Shown here one piece after another: positions 27,041 to 41,649 of a stretch of 64,000 nt of DNA. Source of the stretch: Eledone cirrhosa (taxonomy: Eukaryota); contig OZ024746.1 in NCBI GenBank assembly GCA_964016885.1, forward strand, positions 30,318,001 through 30,382,000, in the 5' to 3' direction. Under the pieces are notes generated by a model. It made no database searches and was not told where the DNA came from. It worked only from the letters and a program-made list of their open reading frames with translations. The translations under genes and the position numbers were made by a program. Position 1 is the first letter of the stretch. Every line of letters starts with the position of its first letter.

Positions 27041-27215
27041 AAATAATCATCTTATGTTGTTTATTACATAAATAAGCTCTGTAACCTACATAGAGCACTC
27101 TTTTTCCTGGACCTTTCCGACGGAATTACTTCATATATATATATATACATATGTCCCAAGGCTCTAATACCATCAACACTATAAACACAGAGCTGGCATA
27201 TCTAAGAACTGACTA

Positions 27216-27271
27216 ACTGTCTGATGAGGTCATAGCCATTCAATGGCTATCATCGAAATATATATAGCAGT
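27216..27271 (+). ncRNA. minimal type I hammerhead motif
   Basis: ACUGU-CUGAUGA-GGUC AUAGCCAU UCA AUGGCUAU CAUC-GAAAUAUAUAUA-GCAGU; self-complementary stem III. Confidence 0.8.
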
Positions 27272-27312
27272 AAATAAAGGATTATGAGTTCATGCAATTG
27301 ACTTATGTTTCG

Positions 27313-27353
<41 letters not shown>

Positions 27354-27382
27354 GATTCTCCAGAAAGGCCGGTAGATAGGTA

Positions 27383-27427
27383 AATATTGCTGATGAGTTG
27401 TAACAACAACGAAACTAGTTCAATATT
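27383..27427 (+). ncRNA. minimal type I hammerhead motif
   Basis: AAUAUUG-CUGAUGA-GUUG UAACAA CAAC-GAAAC UA GUU-CAAUAUU; perfect 7-bp stem I; palindromic AACUAGUU. Confidence 0.85.
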
Positions 27428-27643
27428 CCTTGTCTGGCTTTCTGGAGAATAGAGGAAAGGTGTTTCCTCAAAAACCAGTATGACTCTAAAAACCGGTTTG
27501 TCTGTGTGTTTACATACAGAATAGCTGGATACTCACAGTAAAGTAACCAGTGAAAGACTTGGTGCATCTACATATGTATACGTGTGTCTATTCATATGCA
27601 TACTAGTATTTCAGTATGCATATGTAGATGTACATTTTTTAAC

Positions 27644-27715
<72 letters not shown>

Positions 27716-27753
27716 AAGAACACAAGAGCGTCTACAACATCAAAAGATTTTTA

Positions 27754-27806
27754 TTGGCTTACAATGTTTCTTCCTTACGTAACCGTAGGATTCGTCAGAG
27801 CTATAA
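27754..27806 (-). ncRNA. minimal type I hammerhead motif within fold-back element 27711-28073
   Basis: Minus strand AUAGCU-CUGACGA-A UCCUACG GUUA CGUAAGGA A-GAAAC AUU GUA-AGCCAAU; 27711-27774 is inverted at 27913-27976. Confidence 0.72.
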
Positions 27807-28073
27807 AAGGGGTTTGATTGGTGTTATGGACTCTACCAACCAAACATTCAAGAACAAATAGTAAAGAGAGTAAAGAGCAAAAGTAGGGGACGATAAGTCT
27901 AATTTTGGTGCGGGAGGAAACATTGTAAGCCAATAAAAATCTTTTGATGTTGTAGACGCTCTTGTGTTCTTTATCATATATACGGCTCTGCTCCAAAGCA
28001 TAGAGCTAATTACTATGCTGCCAATACCTTAATGGGACACGGGTATACAATACCTAACTCCTATTAACCTAAG

Positions 28074-28105
<32 letters not shown>

Positions 28106-28250
28106 GCCGAGTGGAGCCACATTTAGTCATGCGAATGCGGGGTTTTTTGGTGTGTTCGCTGAATGCGTTGTTCACTGTCCAGAAGTCATCGTGTGAGGTG
28201 TTGTACTATGTAATTGTCGCATTTTCATTTCACCCTATGCATTCAACAAG

Positions 28251-28770
28251 GATACTGAATTCCTGGACACCGTAATAATTAGGAATGAGGCGTGGATGTA
28301 GGGGTTTGACCAGGAAACTAAACTCAGTCATTTAAATCAGACGGGTTATGAAGCACATTCAAGGTGACGCTGACTGTTCTCTTCAACTATCAAGGTGATA
28401 TGCGACGCGAATATACAACAAAATGACAAACGGTTACCAACGATTACTATCAGGATATGTTTCGACGTCTTCGTAGTGAGGTTCTTTTTAAACTAACTCG
28501 CAGCTAATCCAAGACTTTCTGAAAAAGTAAAGAATTTCTTGCATTCACCAAGCTACCTATACGCCAGGAGTGACTTCTGACTTCTGATTGTTCTAAAAAA
28601 TTAAGGTACCACTGAAGTGCTTTAAGATCCGAGAGGACATCACAGTGGAACTGAAAGGAATTCCAGAATTAGCATTCCAGATATTTTTTTAATAAGGGGC
28701 TTACTTTGAACGGGAATGGCAAATGAACCCTACCTTCGGTCAAACAATTTTTCGACAGTCCTCACATAAA
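28251..28770 (+). mobile_element. decayed mariner transposase remnant
   Basis: DTEFLDTVIIRNEAWM*GFDQETK, KVTLTVLFNYQGDMRREY..*QTVTNDYYQDMFRRLR, YTPGV..DF*LF*KIK, GAYFE. Confidence 0.8.
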
Positions 28771-28833
28771 TGTTAGATTCAGCAGCATTCAGAAAATGTA
28801 AAATTTCATTAAGATTCAGAAACATAAAATCTA

Positions 28834-28992
28834 TATATAGAAATAACTTCTACAGGACTAGAGCTGTTTCATTCGTATGATTTCGTACGAATGAAAGGAC
28901 ATTCCAGGTGATTTCTTACGATTGAAAGAACATTCTTGATGATTTCTTACGGATGAAAAAGTTCTACTCCTGTAGAAGTCATTCCCATATAT
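28834..28992. mobile_element. MITE-like element with ~40-bp imperfect terminal inverted repeats and three ~30-bp internal repeats
   Basis: aataacttctacaggactagagctgtttcattcgta / tacggatgaaaaagttctactcctgtagaagtcatt; TA-flanked; internal tgatttc-n-tacg-n-tgaaa three times. Confidence 0.7.
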
Positions 28993-30415
28993 AATACAGA
29001 TGCCTATACTCTACCAATGTATTGAGTACCTTTTTTAACTGTAGTTACCCCCCGGTACGAGAGTTTATAATTTTCTCTATATATTTGATTCTGTGTTTGA
29101 CTTTAATAGAAAGAATGTGTGTATAATTTTTTGACCAAACAAAAGGGTATAATTGTGAGAAATGTGTAAGTAGAAAGCAGTAGTGTACACAATTAGAGAA
29201 GAGCAATGGAGTTTCATTTCCTTTATGATTTCATAGCGTAATTATATCACTAATGAAATTAACTGTATACCCTATACCCAACTTTCGTGTGTTTGAGCTG
29301 TAGATAATAGAATAGGACCTTCTCCTACACACCCATCATTCTCTAGTTAATATTCTTTCATGTAAAATTACTTTCTCGTGCTTAGAATTTCTTGTTACTA
29401 AATTCCTTTTCAGATGCTAAATTAGGAATCCACTGTCAGCGATATTTCAGATATCACTACTGTAAGATTTTAACAATGGGAGCAATTCACAGCTATAGTA
29501 GAGAGATGAAAGCTTTATTGGCCTGCATGAAAATAAAACCCTTGTGAACCACATTAGCGTTTAATGTGTTATGTTTAATGTTTAATGTTTAACCACACAA
29601 TGTTCGTCATTTCAGTAATGGATGTCAGCTTCAACTTTATTAACATGCAGCAGCGTTCACAACTCACGGATAACATGAAACTTTTCAAAACACAAGAAAT
29701 ATTCAGATATATGAAGTTAAACTAATTAAAGCTGAAAGAAATCAAGTAGAAAATGGATAGTTTGCCCGGAGGAGAGCTTCGCTTGAGTGAGAAGTTAAAT
29801 TAGTTTAATAGAAATATTTAATGTCGACATCCCAGAGGAGAGAATTCGTGTATAGAAGAATGACGATACGTTGTCATGGCTATACAAACTGTGGCTTTAA
29901 AAATTACTGACTATTCAATAAAACATAGGAATCGTTGATTGGCGAAATAAGAGTAACTTTGTAGTTGAGATTAGTGTAAAGCCAAGTCACAATACTGTTG
30001 ATGCTCAAAAGATGGAAGATGAGTTGTATTAAACATTTGTGTTATAGATTTAAACCAATGGTGTTACCGATGTTTAAATTGAGATAGAATTGTTATATTT
30101 GAAGTGAGCTAAATTCTTACTTGATATTAGTTGTTATTCTTGTCTAACCAAAAGCCACAAAGGCATTCTTTGTGGCAATGCTTTCAACATCTTTTCCGCG
30201 AGGTGCATCTAAGATATACAGCAAATAGAATACCTGAGCACTACTTGGGTCATAAAGGTTAAAAAAAGATCTTGGACATATTATCTCTATCAATCTTCAA
30301 ATCTCCTATATGTTTTGACCAAAGTGATAAACTGTTTTATTACCTCCTTTGGCAATTATATTTTATTAACACGCAAACACACATACATATATATATAAAT
30401 ATGTGTGTGTGTGCG

Positions 30416-30561
<146 letters not shown>

Positions 30562-30689
30562 CGTGTGTGCATGTGAGTCCTGGGTTCAATCGGGGTAACC
30601 ATAGCAAGTAAGGTACTGAATACATTAGTTTATTAAATTTGTTTTATATATATATATATAGAGAGAGAGAGATAGAGGGGGGGGGGGGG

Positions 30690-31950
30690 TAAATGTGGGA
30701 ATATCTTCTATTTTCTTTTGACTATTAGAGCTTTCCTCCCTTACACAGGTATCATATAATCTTAAATAGAAAAATACTCCGGTTGTCTTACTCTATCACA
30801 GAGAACCCTAGTAGCTTCATTATAGGATTAAATAATAAACGCCTCCGGGAGTTTGACAAAAACAATGAACTAGGACACGTATATAACTCCACTATTAGAA
30901 CAACTAACTGACCATCTTCCCAACCCTCATTATTGGGCAGGCCCAACCATTTTGATGGATCGAGCAACGTACGTGCGAATCTAACACAACCTCCCATATC
31001 TTGAATATCTCCCCAAATGCAAGAACATGATTGCATCGACACACTGCAACTGCAGGCAACCTAATAAATGTCATCTAATTGGAAAATGCATGTATAAAAA
31101 CATCATTTACTAATGTCTGGTCAAACCCCAATTGGTTATGCAGGGGTGCCACATCAAATGTTTTTTTCATTCAAGAAGCCCTGGCTACGTAAATCAACCA
31201 CCCTAGCCAAAAAAAAATCTGGGATATAAAACGGAATAATATGGATTACGCACTTACTTGATCAGTGTTAAGATTTGCCTGTCAAGATACTCCTGCAATC
31301 TTTGTGTGATGGAAGTGATGGAGATTATCACTGGATCAGATCTGTTGAATTTTCGACACGACAGAATCTTTAACTGCCAACAATAGGGCATTAATAACAT
31401 TCGCTAAATATCACCCTGACTAACATAGGATTGGATCCTGTGTCTCTGTATCCATTCTACGTGAACTACTCACCTCTTACAGCACACCCTCTCGACGCCT
31501 TTATTTGTCTCGGCGTCCGCTTATCCCCTCTCTTACTGGTTTCTGTTGAGATAAAATCTAATACATTGCCCACCAATTTAATTGATAGCCTTTCAACGAA
31601 ATCTTATCATTTCTGGTAACGTTGCCTAATTTCTTTTTCCCTTGTTTCTTCTTTCTGTCTCCCTCTTCCCCTATCCACAATATATCAGTAAAGTAAGTTT
31701 CTTGACCAGCCATATTGCTACCTCTGTGCAAACTCCCTCTACTTACAACTCTTTTCATTTGTCATTTGGATTATAATCCCTATCCCAGCATACAAATTTA
31801 GTATCAATACTTGGTATAATTATTGTAATTCATGAACATATTTTTATTTATTATTTTTGTTATTTCCATATATTTTGATTCTGGATTTCTCTGATTTATC
31901 AATGTGTTGTACATAATGCTTATTGCAGACACGTGGAACCTACAACTAGG
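30690..31950 (+). mobile_element. highly decayed Penelope-like remnant (linker + GIY-YIG + 3' region; 3' boundary uncertain)
   Basis: FPPLHRYHIILNRKILRLSYSITENP, HCNCRQPNKCHLIGKCMYKNIIY*CLV, KSTTLAKK, SCNLCVMEVMEII, LLNFRHDRIFNCQHR, collinear with the 12.6-13.8 kb protein. Confidence 0.82.
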
Positions 31951-33561
31951 AATATAACCAATTTTTCTTCTTCCCTGTTATATTTTTCTCTTCTTTCTGT
32001 TGAAGTCCAATCACAATCACACGTAATACATACAAATGAACATTGTATAATGTAGTCAGCGGATGTAGACTGTTACCTAATTGTATAGAAACATATGTTA
32101 AAGATTGAACACAATAAATTCCGCCTTCTGTCAACATTTTCCTACCTAGTTTTTCATTTTTCCCTGGTACCATATATATACTTATATATATATATGTGTG
32201 TGTGTAATAGAGAGAGAGGTGACAAATTGAAGGATGGATGGATCGATGTTTGGTGTGAATTTGTAATGCCACATATAATCTGAATGTGATATTTTCGTTT
32301 CGTGTTAAACTATTTCAGTGCCAAAAATTGTTTTTCAGATTCCAAAGATTTTGAATCGCCTGGCGCAAAGATGGGAAAGATTGCGTGATAAACACCCATT
32401 AAGCCTGAAACTAGACGCAGATGATGATATAAAATATATATTTTCTGTGCACTGCACCTCGTGTAATTGCTACAGACGTCTGGAAATATATCTAAGGCGG
32501 CCATCTCTTGCTAGAAAATATTAACTACTATTTCTTCAGTGTGCAAATGTATTGAACAGTAAACTTTTGAAAGGAAATGAAATGAAATATAATTGTAAAA
32601 AGAAAAAAAAATAGTATTTTTCCTGGAAGCTATTACCTATATAGAAGAGAGTTCTGAGGAACGTAATCGAAAAATGTCTAAAAATATCATTTTAAAGTAA
32701 AAATCTACAGGGGGGACTTAATAACCATTTAGCAGTATTGACTTCTGTGTTAAGAAGTTCATAGTCGAAATTTTTCCATTCAAGCTGTCAAATATATGCT
32801 TTCTGTGATACAGCTAATGGAAAAATGTTCTCGAAAGATATATTGAACAGGTGCCAGTCGGGGGAGGATGGAGGGGAATTATTTTACATTGCCGGAAGAA
32901 CGATGAGGAATTTTGAGAGGGGTGAGTGATATAAAGCAGAAGGCTAACCCTTTGCCTGTGAAAGGAAATGCTGTTGAATTTAACCGTGAAATTGAATAGA
33001 AAGAAATAATGATGCGTATGTTCTGTGTATATGTGTGTAGGTGTGTAGGTGTGTAGGTGTGTAAATGTGTGTCTGAATATGTGTGTAGATGTGCAGGTGT
33101 GCAGATGTTTATGTGTTTAGGAGTGTATGTGGATGTGTCGGTGTTTTGGTGTAGGTCTGTATGTGTGCAGTTGTGTAGATATGTATGCAGGTGTTTAGGT
33201 ATGTAGATGTGTATGTGTGCGTGTGTGTATGCGTGTAGGAGTGTATGTAGATGTTTTGGTGTTTTGCTGTGTATGTGTAAGTATCTGTGTGCCAGTGTGC
33301 AGGTGTGCAGCTGTGTAGGTGTGAATGTGCAGGTGTGTAGATGTGTATTTGTATGTGTGTATGTTTTAGTCTGTAGGTACAAGAAATAAGCGTTCTAGAA
33401 AATTCTATTGCTGCACGTAACAACTTTATATCAATATAAAAAGGTATTATGCAAGCCAAAGCATATCATTTATTCTTACGTATTGAGAAGAGCATTTTAA
33501 AAAGTAATTGTTCTTTTTCTATTATTATTATTGTTATTATTATTATTGATATTATTATTAT

Positions 33562-33629
<68 letters not shown>

Positions 33630-33732
33630 TTATTATTAATCATTATCTTTTTTTAAAAAGAAAAAAATGTATATATTCCAATATTTCGTTTTGAATTTTT
33701 CATTTCGATTTATTTCAAATTATTATTATTAT

Positions 33733-33806
<74 letters not shown>

Positions 33807-34660
33807 TCATGATCATCATTAATGATTATTGTTTGTTATTTCTTCTCTATTTTAATTAATTCCCATAGTCCGTCCCCCCCCCCCCCAACCCCTTCATTTT
33901 ATCCATTGCTCCTCCTCCATCATCGTGTTCTTTTAATATAAACGATAGCTTTTATTTATTTTATAACTTTTTAATTTCATTTTTTCTTTATTATTTAGAT
34001 GACTGGTGCTGTTATTGAAAAGCTAAAACACTGTTCGCAACATAATACAATTCGTTTGACATTGTAGTAGCTAGCAGCCTTATTGGTTGAAAGTAGAGAA
34101 AGGGGGACCATCGATCATACGTTTTTTGCTTCCGAAATCAATGAACTTTTTCTCTTCAGTTATTATTTATGAATGGCGGATGTTGAAGGTAGCCAAGTCA
34201 ATGGTGCAATGAATTTCTGAGTAAAACCAGCATCTGTCACCGTATGCAATCGCTCTTCCCTCCCTTTGATTAGTTATTCTGTCTCTGTTCGTTAGTTGGT
34301 TGTATAGAAATAAAGTGAAGAAGCAATAATAGTGAAAGCAACATGAAATTAAATGCTAAATTAAATTTCCCCTCTTATGCATCTGTTAGAAAGTTGGCAG
34401 CCATTACAAGACTGACATTTCTATAATACTTGCATCTTTTATAAGATTGCTATCACCTTTGTAACGAACAACTAACATTCCTCAATAAGTTGACACCTTC
34501 TGTGAAGCTGAAACTTCATACATCATTGATAATTTCTAACATATCTTCCATACATATTTCCCAAAAGGCAGGAGTATAAACCACGAGGCTGGAATGTGCT
34601 TTATTAATATATAAATATTTCATCAATCAGAGGGTTAATACCTGGTGGGAATAAACTATA

Positions 34661-35105
34661 GGATATCAAATCATAGACTGTCAGATATCAACACATGGAC
34701 AGTACGATATCACCATAGACTCAAGGATATGAGCAGATAAACAGTAAGAGATATCAGTACATAGACTGAGGAATATTGCCACATAGACTGATAGATATCA
34801 CCATATAGACTGAGGGATATCGACATATGACTGTAGGAGTATCACCACATAGACCGTAGGATATCAATACATAGACTGAAGGATATCACCACATATTCTG
34901 AGGGATATCACTACATTAACTGATGAATATTAATGCATAGGCTGAAAGATATCATCACATAAACTGGGGCATATCAATATATAGAGTGAGATACATCAAC
35001 ACATAGACTTGGGGATATAACCATATAGGGTGAAGGATATCACCAGATAACTGAGGTATATCAACACAGACAGTAAATTATATCAACACACAGACCGAAA
35101 TATAT
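34661..35105. repeat. degenerate ~22-bp minisatellite
   Basis: Consensus approximately ggatatcaccacatagactga(g), about 20 copies. Confidence 0.8.
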
Positions 35106-35904
35106 TCTACCAGTCAAACATAGAGACACGCCACCCTGAGTGACTATAAATCTTCTCCAGCACCTCCTAGTGTGTTGGATTCATCTACACCTTGTCACAC
35201 CTTCAATGGATCTAGCGTGAACGCTGTACCTTTTCTTTAAATCCTCTGTTTGGATCTTATATGCTTCTGTCGTTAGAAGTCGGCGATGGTGAGGCACCAC
35301 TTTGAATTAGTCGATCATATAAACCCGAGTATTTATTTTGTCAAGTCTTTTACATATTTCATCGATCACGTTTTATTCGACCGCTATGCTATGAGATGTA
35401 AACAGATAGATACACAAAGATAAACACATGCGCACACACAAACACAAACACATACATATTTTGCCGATCAACCCTGGAAGTGATCACATCGGGCGCAAGC
35501 ATGCTAACCTTTTTCCAACCACATCTTATGGTTCAGGATTATACCTCGTTATGCCACGAGGACATTTGTTTACCTCCTTTGTAACATGGACTACAATAAA
35601 TGCAAGTTATTTTGATACTCGTCTTGAGAAACTTATTATTCTTCAGTCATTACTTCTAATGTAGTGAGAGATAATTCTCACGCAAAATGAATTTGTATGA
35701 AAATTCTTCTATCTCTTATTTTTATTAAATTTAGTAGTTGGGATCCCGTGGTACTTACTGGAGTAAGTAACCTTGGGACATGCTTCCGCGATTCCACACC
35801 ATGTTTTTTTTTACATTTAGCGATCATACACTGCTAACGGGTGGACGTTTCTCTCTCTCTATATATATATATGTGTGTGTGTGTGCGTGTCCGTCTGTAT
35901 ATGC

Positions 35905-36010
<106 letters not shown>

Positions 36011-36383
36011 GTCTGTATATGCTTGAGTGAGTGAGTGTGTGTGTGTAATTATGCCATACAGTATTTGACAAGTAGACTCTACAATATAAAGACTTGGCGT
36101 AAAAGTGGAAAAAGAGAATTTCAATAAATATCATTGAATCAGGCTATATCGCAATAATGAAGATAAAACCAAGAATCAGGGATGAGATTCACAGTATATT
36201 CAATGGTTTTCTTATAAACATTAGTCAATACACAAAGATGAATGAGACTTTTCGTTCCTAATACAAAGCATTATATATATATATGTATATATGCATCTGT
36301 ATATACATATTTTTATATATACATGTAGATATTTACACACATATACACATATATACATGTAGATATTTACACACATATACTTA

Positions 36384-36432
<49 letters not shown>

Positions 36433-36642
36433 TTATATATATATATATATTAGTATGTATATGTGTATATTTATATCTAGTTGTATGTATATGTATATAC
36501 TTAGTTTTGGCGCTGTGCATTAGTAGTGAAGATGTATTGTGAAGTCGAGTGAAAAAGACATAAGTTTTACTTTAATCTTTCGTTTCATATATAACTTGTG
36601 TTCTTCCTAATAGCCCATCCATCTCAATAACAGGTTTCCTAC

Positions 36643-36681
<39 letters not shown>

Positions 36682-39381
36682 GTACAAACACGTACACATT
36701 CACACACATACACGCACACACACATATATATATATATATATACAGAGAGAGAGACAGCATAGAGAGAGAGAAAGAGAGAGAGGGGGGAGAAGTGCGCTAG
36801 CTGCCGAAGTGTATGTTAAAGTTATATCTGTATAAATACAGGGTGTGTAACTAAACCTTCACCAACGAGTATACATATATACACATATCTAATACATATG
36901 ACCTTGTAAACACACAAGGAACTTTCCTGTAAATTGAGAAAGTGGTAAATATCTTTAATGGATTTTCAGATCAAATTGTATCTTCATAAGAAGGTGTGAA
37001 TATCATCACTCAACTGCAAAGAAACATGCATTTCATGAGTATATATACCCATTCTCTTTTAGTATTATTCTGGAATTTACATACTAGTGTGCATACTATT
37101 ATATACATACATATCTTGTGTGGCTGTTTGTGTAGGCAATGAGATTGCAGAAATATCATCTTAAACGAAATATAATTTTAAAGAATCATGTGCGTGTTTG
37201 TGTGACTGTTGGAGGAAAGAAAGACTGGAGGTTGATAAAATCCGGCAAAGAGTGTGTATGTATATTCTAAACACAGAGAGAAATAGAGAGAAAGAGAGAG
37301 AGGGAGGGGCAGACAGAAGTAGAGGCAAAAAGAAGTAGAAGATAGGAGAATAGCCGGAAAAGAAATCAAAGAGATAAAATGTAGAACCAGAGTGGGGGTG
37401 GCAATTAAAGAAAGGGATGAGTTAGAGAGGGATCTCAGAACGCAGAATCAGAACAAATACCACAAGTCACCTCTACCATTTTTACTAATCCACTACCCTG
37501 GTATCGATTTAGGGCTGGGAGGGAAAGGTATAGATTGATTGATTTGAACTCACAACACAAAGAGCCGGAACAAATATCGAACGACTCTGCCAAATCTCCG
37601 AGTAAAACAGATGTTGGTAAAAAGGACAAGAGAGAGAAATGAGGTTCTTATGAAAGAATGAAAGATTGCCAGATAGAGGGAGGGTTTATTTTATATATTT
37701 AAAAAGAGATTTTAAATTCTTTTTCGTTCTTCTGCGAATAAAACTATAATGAGACACACTAAAAATAGAAAGGAAAGTTGAAAAATAACAACAACAACAG
37801 CAACAATAACAATAACATCAGCAGCAAAAACAACAACAGCAGCAACAATAACAATAACATCAGCAGCAAAAACAACAACAACAACAACAAAATCAACAGG
37901 AGACTACATAAATAACAACAAAATACTACAATTACAACAATAACAACAAAAATAACTGCAAACGCCACAAAGATACCAGCAAGTCACAACAATAACAGTA
38001 ACAACAACAGCCATCAAAACAACTATTACAACAACAAATAGCATAACAACAACAACAACAACAACAACAATTACAAGAACATGAGGAAGGAAGGGAGGGA
38101 AGGATAAAAATAAGAAAATGAAATCAATAAAGTTAGCCATGATGGATTAGTTGACAATTGTGTCTCCAAAGTAATTTAATAAATAGAAAAAAGAGGAAAG
38201 TGAGGAAGGAGGATGGAGTATTTGATTTAACTTAGTGTAAACGTCTGATTGATTCATTGGAAAGCAACTGATCAGCTTATAGATCACTTTCTCTTGTATT
38301 AAACTGAATTGTATTTCTGCTTCAGACAGAGATTGTTCTAGAAATCAGAGTTTTCTATATTGTAGCCTTGTTTTGCAACGGGATAAAGCCAGTGTATTTT
38401 TTTTTCTATCTTTTATTATTTTCTTGCTTCTATTTTCTTCTTCATAGTAAGTTAGTGTTATGTTTGTTAAAAAAAAAATGTTATGTTTGTCTCAAGCCCA
38501 GCGGCTCATCTGAGAGGAGTTTATCCAGTTTTCTTTGGAACCAGTACACAGTTACTGTATGTATTGAACCTCCATCGGTTACGATGAAGAGTGTTCCAAT
38601 TGTTGGCCAACGCAGCCACCTGGTCGCACATTTCACAGATACGTGTGCTCTTCGCACATTTCAAGTACATGTCCGACTTCTTTACGCCCATAGAAGAAGA
38701 AGAAGAAGAAGAAGAAGAAGAAGAAGAAGAAGAAGAAGAAGAAGAAGAAGAAGAAGAAGAAGAAGAAGAAGAAGAAGAAGAAGAAGAAGAAGAAGAAGAA
38801 GAAGAAGAAGAAGGATGAGGAGGAGAAGAAGAAGAAGAAGAAGAAGAAGAAGAAGAAGAAGAGAGTTAACCAAAAGGAAAACAGAATGTAATAAGGGGTT
38901 TAAAAGGGACAGTATCGTGTAACTTTTGTCTTGTAATTTGAGATTCTGTGATTTTCAAGTAGAAGGTTTATTTTGTTTCTTTTAAAAAAGTCATCTCCAA
39001 AGGTTCAACATAACACCAACAGGTGAAATTAGCGTGAGAGATCGAGTATTCCACGAATAGAACAGGGGAAGAAAGAAAGATAGACTAAGATATAAGATAA
39101 AGAATGAAAGAAAATGAAGGAAGAAAATGTCAAAATTTTAGGATAGCGAAGGTGGTTAAACATTTTTTTTTGTTTTTTTTTTTTGCATGTGTTTAGAAAG
39201 TATATTGACTGGGAATACAGAACCAGAAAATATTCTATGGTGACCTAATGGTCCTAGAAGTAGGACATAAAATATTCCTTTTTCTTGCTTTTAGTAAAAA
39301 TGGGAAATCAATTAACTGGAAACTATGTTTTTACTTTGCCATTCTCAACAATTGTTATAGAATACTATTATATTGCTTTAC

Positions 39382-39435
<54 letters not shown>

Positions 39436-39532
39436 AGGGGGTGTTTGTGCGTGTGCGTGCGTGAGTGGCTGTGTGTGTATATATATATTATGTGTTTTTG
39501 TACGATATCCCCTAATTCGTCGTGGCTTCCGT

Positions 39533-39616
<84 letters not shown>

Positions 39617-39689
39617 GTGTATGTATATGCGTGTGTGAGAGAGAGAGTCTATGTTTATGTGCGTGTGTCTGTTTATATACACATATGTG

Positions 39690-39725
<36 letters not shown>

Positions 39726-40339
39726 TGGGTGTGTCTGCCTGTGTGTGTAATGTACTATAAGCTTGGCAGCTTTTAAAAATGTTCCATGATCCACCAATAT
39801 GATATTACATCAAAAGCTATTCCTTCCACCATCTCCACTAACCTCTTTATATCCATTATCACAGAACATTCTTTTATCGATAAAAACTGGGTCAGTAGCT
39901 CTCAGCGATATTTCCCGATAATATTTTCATACATATAGTAACACACAGCTATAAATACGTGGCTTGCATTATAAAATAACTATTAAGACTTTGACAGGCG
40001 GAGACAACGTCACGGTTTCAATAACAAAACACATCTCCTTTCCGTTTCACACATCTACAGAAATAAAGCAATTTAATTGTCAAGATATTTCAAATATCTA
40101 ATCATGGTAGTTATTTTCAACGTCGTCGTTGTAAACATAATTTTCTCTACAATCATTCTCATTCTTATTTACAACATATATACTTTCGATAACAAAAAGC
40201 AGACTTTGAAATACATAGATAAGTATATATATAGCTCAAGTGATACTACATCCAAGCGATACTACATTAGTCCAATAAAGAAATCAAACAAGTGGGAGAT
40301 CTGCTGGGAATTATTTACGTAGTTGGTGAGTGGTTGCAG

Positions 40340-41150
40340 TTGCTAGACCCCTTCGAAGTAGGCCCCATGTGTCTCCATATATTTAAGTTAATGTTCCTTC
40401 CACTGTTCGAAGCATATATAGAATGCTTCCTCCAGAATGGCTCTTGGATCCGTCGTTGACGCCAGCATAATCTCTTCTCAGTTCGATGTCAGAAGGAGTT
40501 ATGTCGGGAGAGTATGAAGTCTGGCGAAATGGGTGAAATTATTTTGTTTTCCAAGAAATATTGTATCAGCTGCGAAGTATTAACAGGCAGGGGCGTAGTC
40601 TGAATGCAGCTGCCAGCATTGAAAATATCACAGATCCGGTATTTTCGTCGAAATGCATCACGAAAACGTCGGAGGACTTCCCGATAATACTCTTTTGTAG
40701 CCGTTTCTCCTTCCAGCGTTTAGTTGTGATGTATAACACCTCGTTTGTTAAAGCAAACATTCAGCATCACCTTAATTTTGCTCTGCACCTGACGTGTCTT
40801 TGGGGGCCTTTGCGACATTGGATACTTTGACTGTGATGATTGACCTTTGGTTTCTCGGTCATACCCTTACACCGACTTCTCATCTCTTTTTATTACGGAA
40901 TTTAAGAACTCAGAATCCTTGACTGTATCAGGTGAAATAAAATGCGACAATTTCGACAGTGATAGATATATCCAGTAAGATCTCAAATAACTGGAAGGTA
41001 CATGCTTGTATACGACTCCATTTTTGCACACGCTTGTCTCCCTAACCTTATTACTTCCCACACAAAGATATAGTCGTACACGTTTTTGGCAGAACTCATA
41101 TAATTTTGGTAATCCTTCAGATAACATAATTTTAATACAATTTTTTAATT
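40340..41150 (-). mobile_element. decayed mariner transposase remnant
   Basis: Minus translation DSEFLNSVIKRDEKSV*GYDRETKGQSSQ, SKIKVMLNVCFNKRGVIHH, TKEYYREVLRRFRDAFRRK, QTSYSPDITPSD, HGAYFEG. Confidence 0.85.
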
Positions 41151-41534
41151 ATCTTCAGTTATTTTAGATGAACTTTTTAGCTCTTTTCCATTTATCAACA
41201 AACGCATTTCTCATTCGTATTGTTGTAATCTTTAGAATCTGAAGAAAGATTAATTCTCTCCAGATATCTCTTTAATTTCTACACCTGCTTTCACTATTTA
41301 CCAGTCTACTAACAATTGTTGTTTACGTATTTTCATTCTTTCTATATTCACAACCAACTAAGAATTGAAATAACAATGTGGGTGTTATTTTAATCAATCG
41401 AGTGAGTCAAGAAGTTTTAATTAATTCGAAATTTCAATTTTGATGACGATAAAAAAAAGTCTATATCTGTAAAAAGGTTAATTCTGGTCAACAAAGATAG
41501 TCTAAAGATAGTTTAAATATTATATTACATATAT

Positions 41535-41579
41535 AGGTGTGTGTGTCAGTCTGTGTGTAACTGTCTGTGTGTGTGTAAC

Positions 41580-41649
<70 letters not shown>

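Noticed and set aside
33560-33806. Inverted (TAC)n/(GTA)n pair as a functional hairpin
   Set aside because: Explained by two common microsatellites in opposite orientation; little unique complementary flank.
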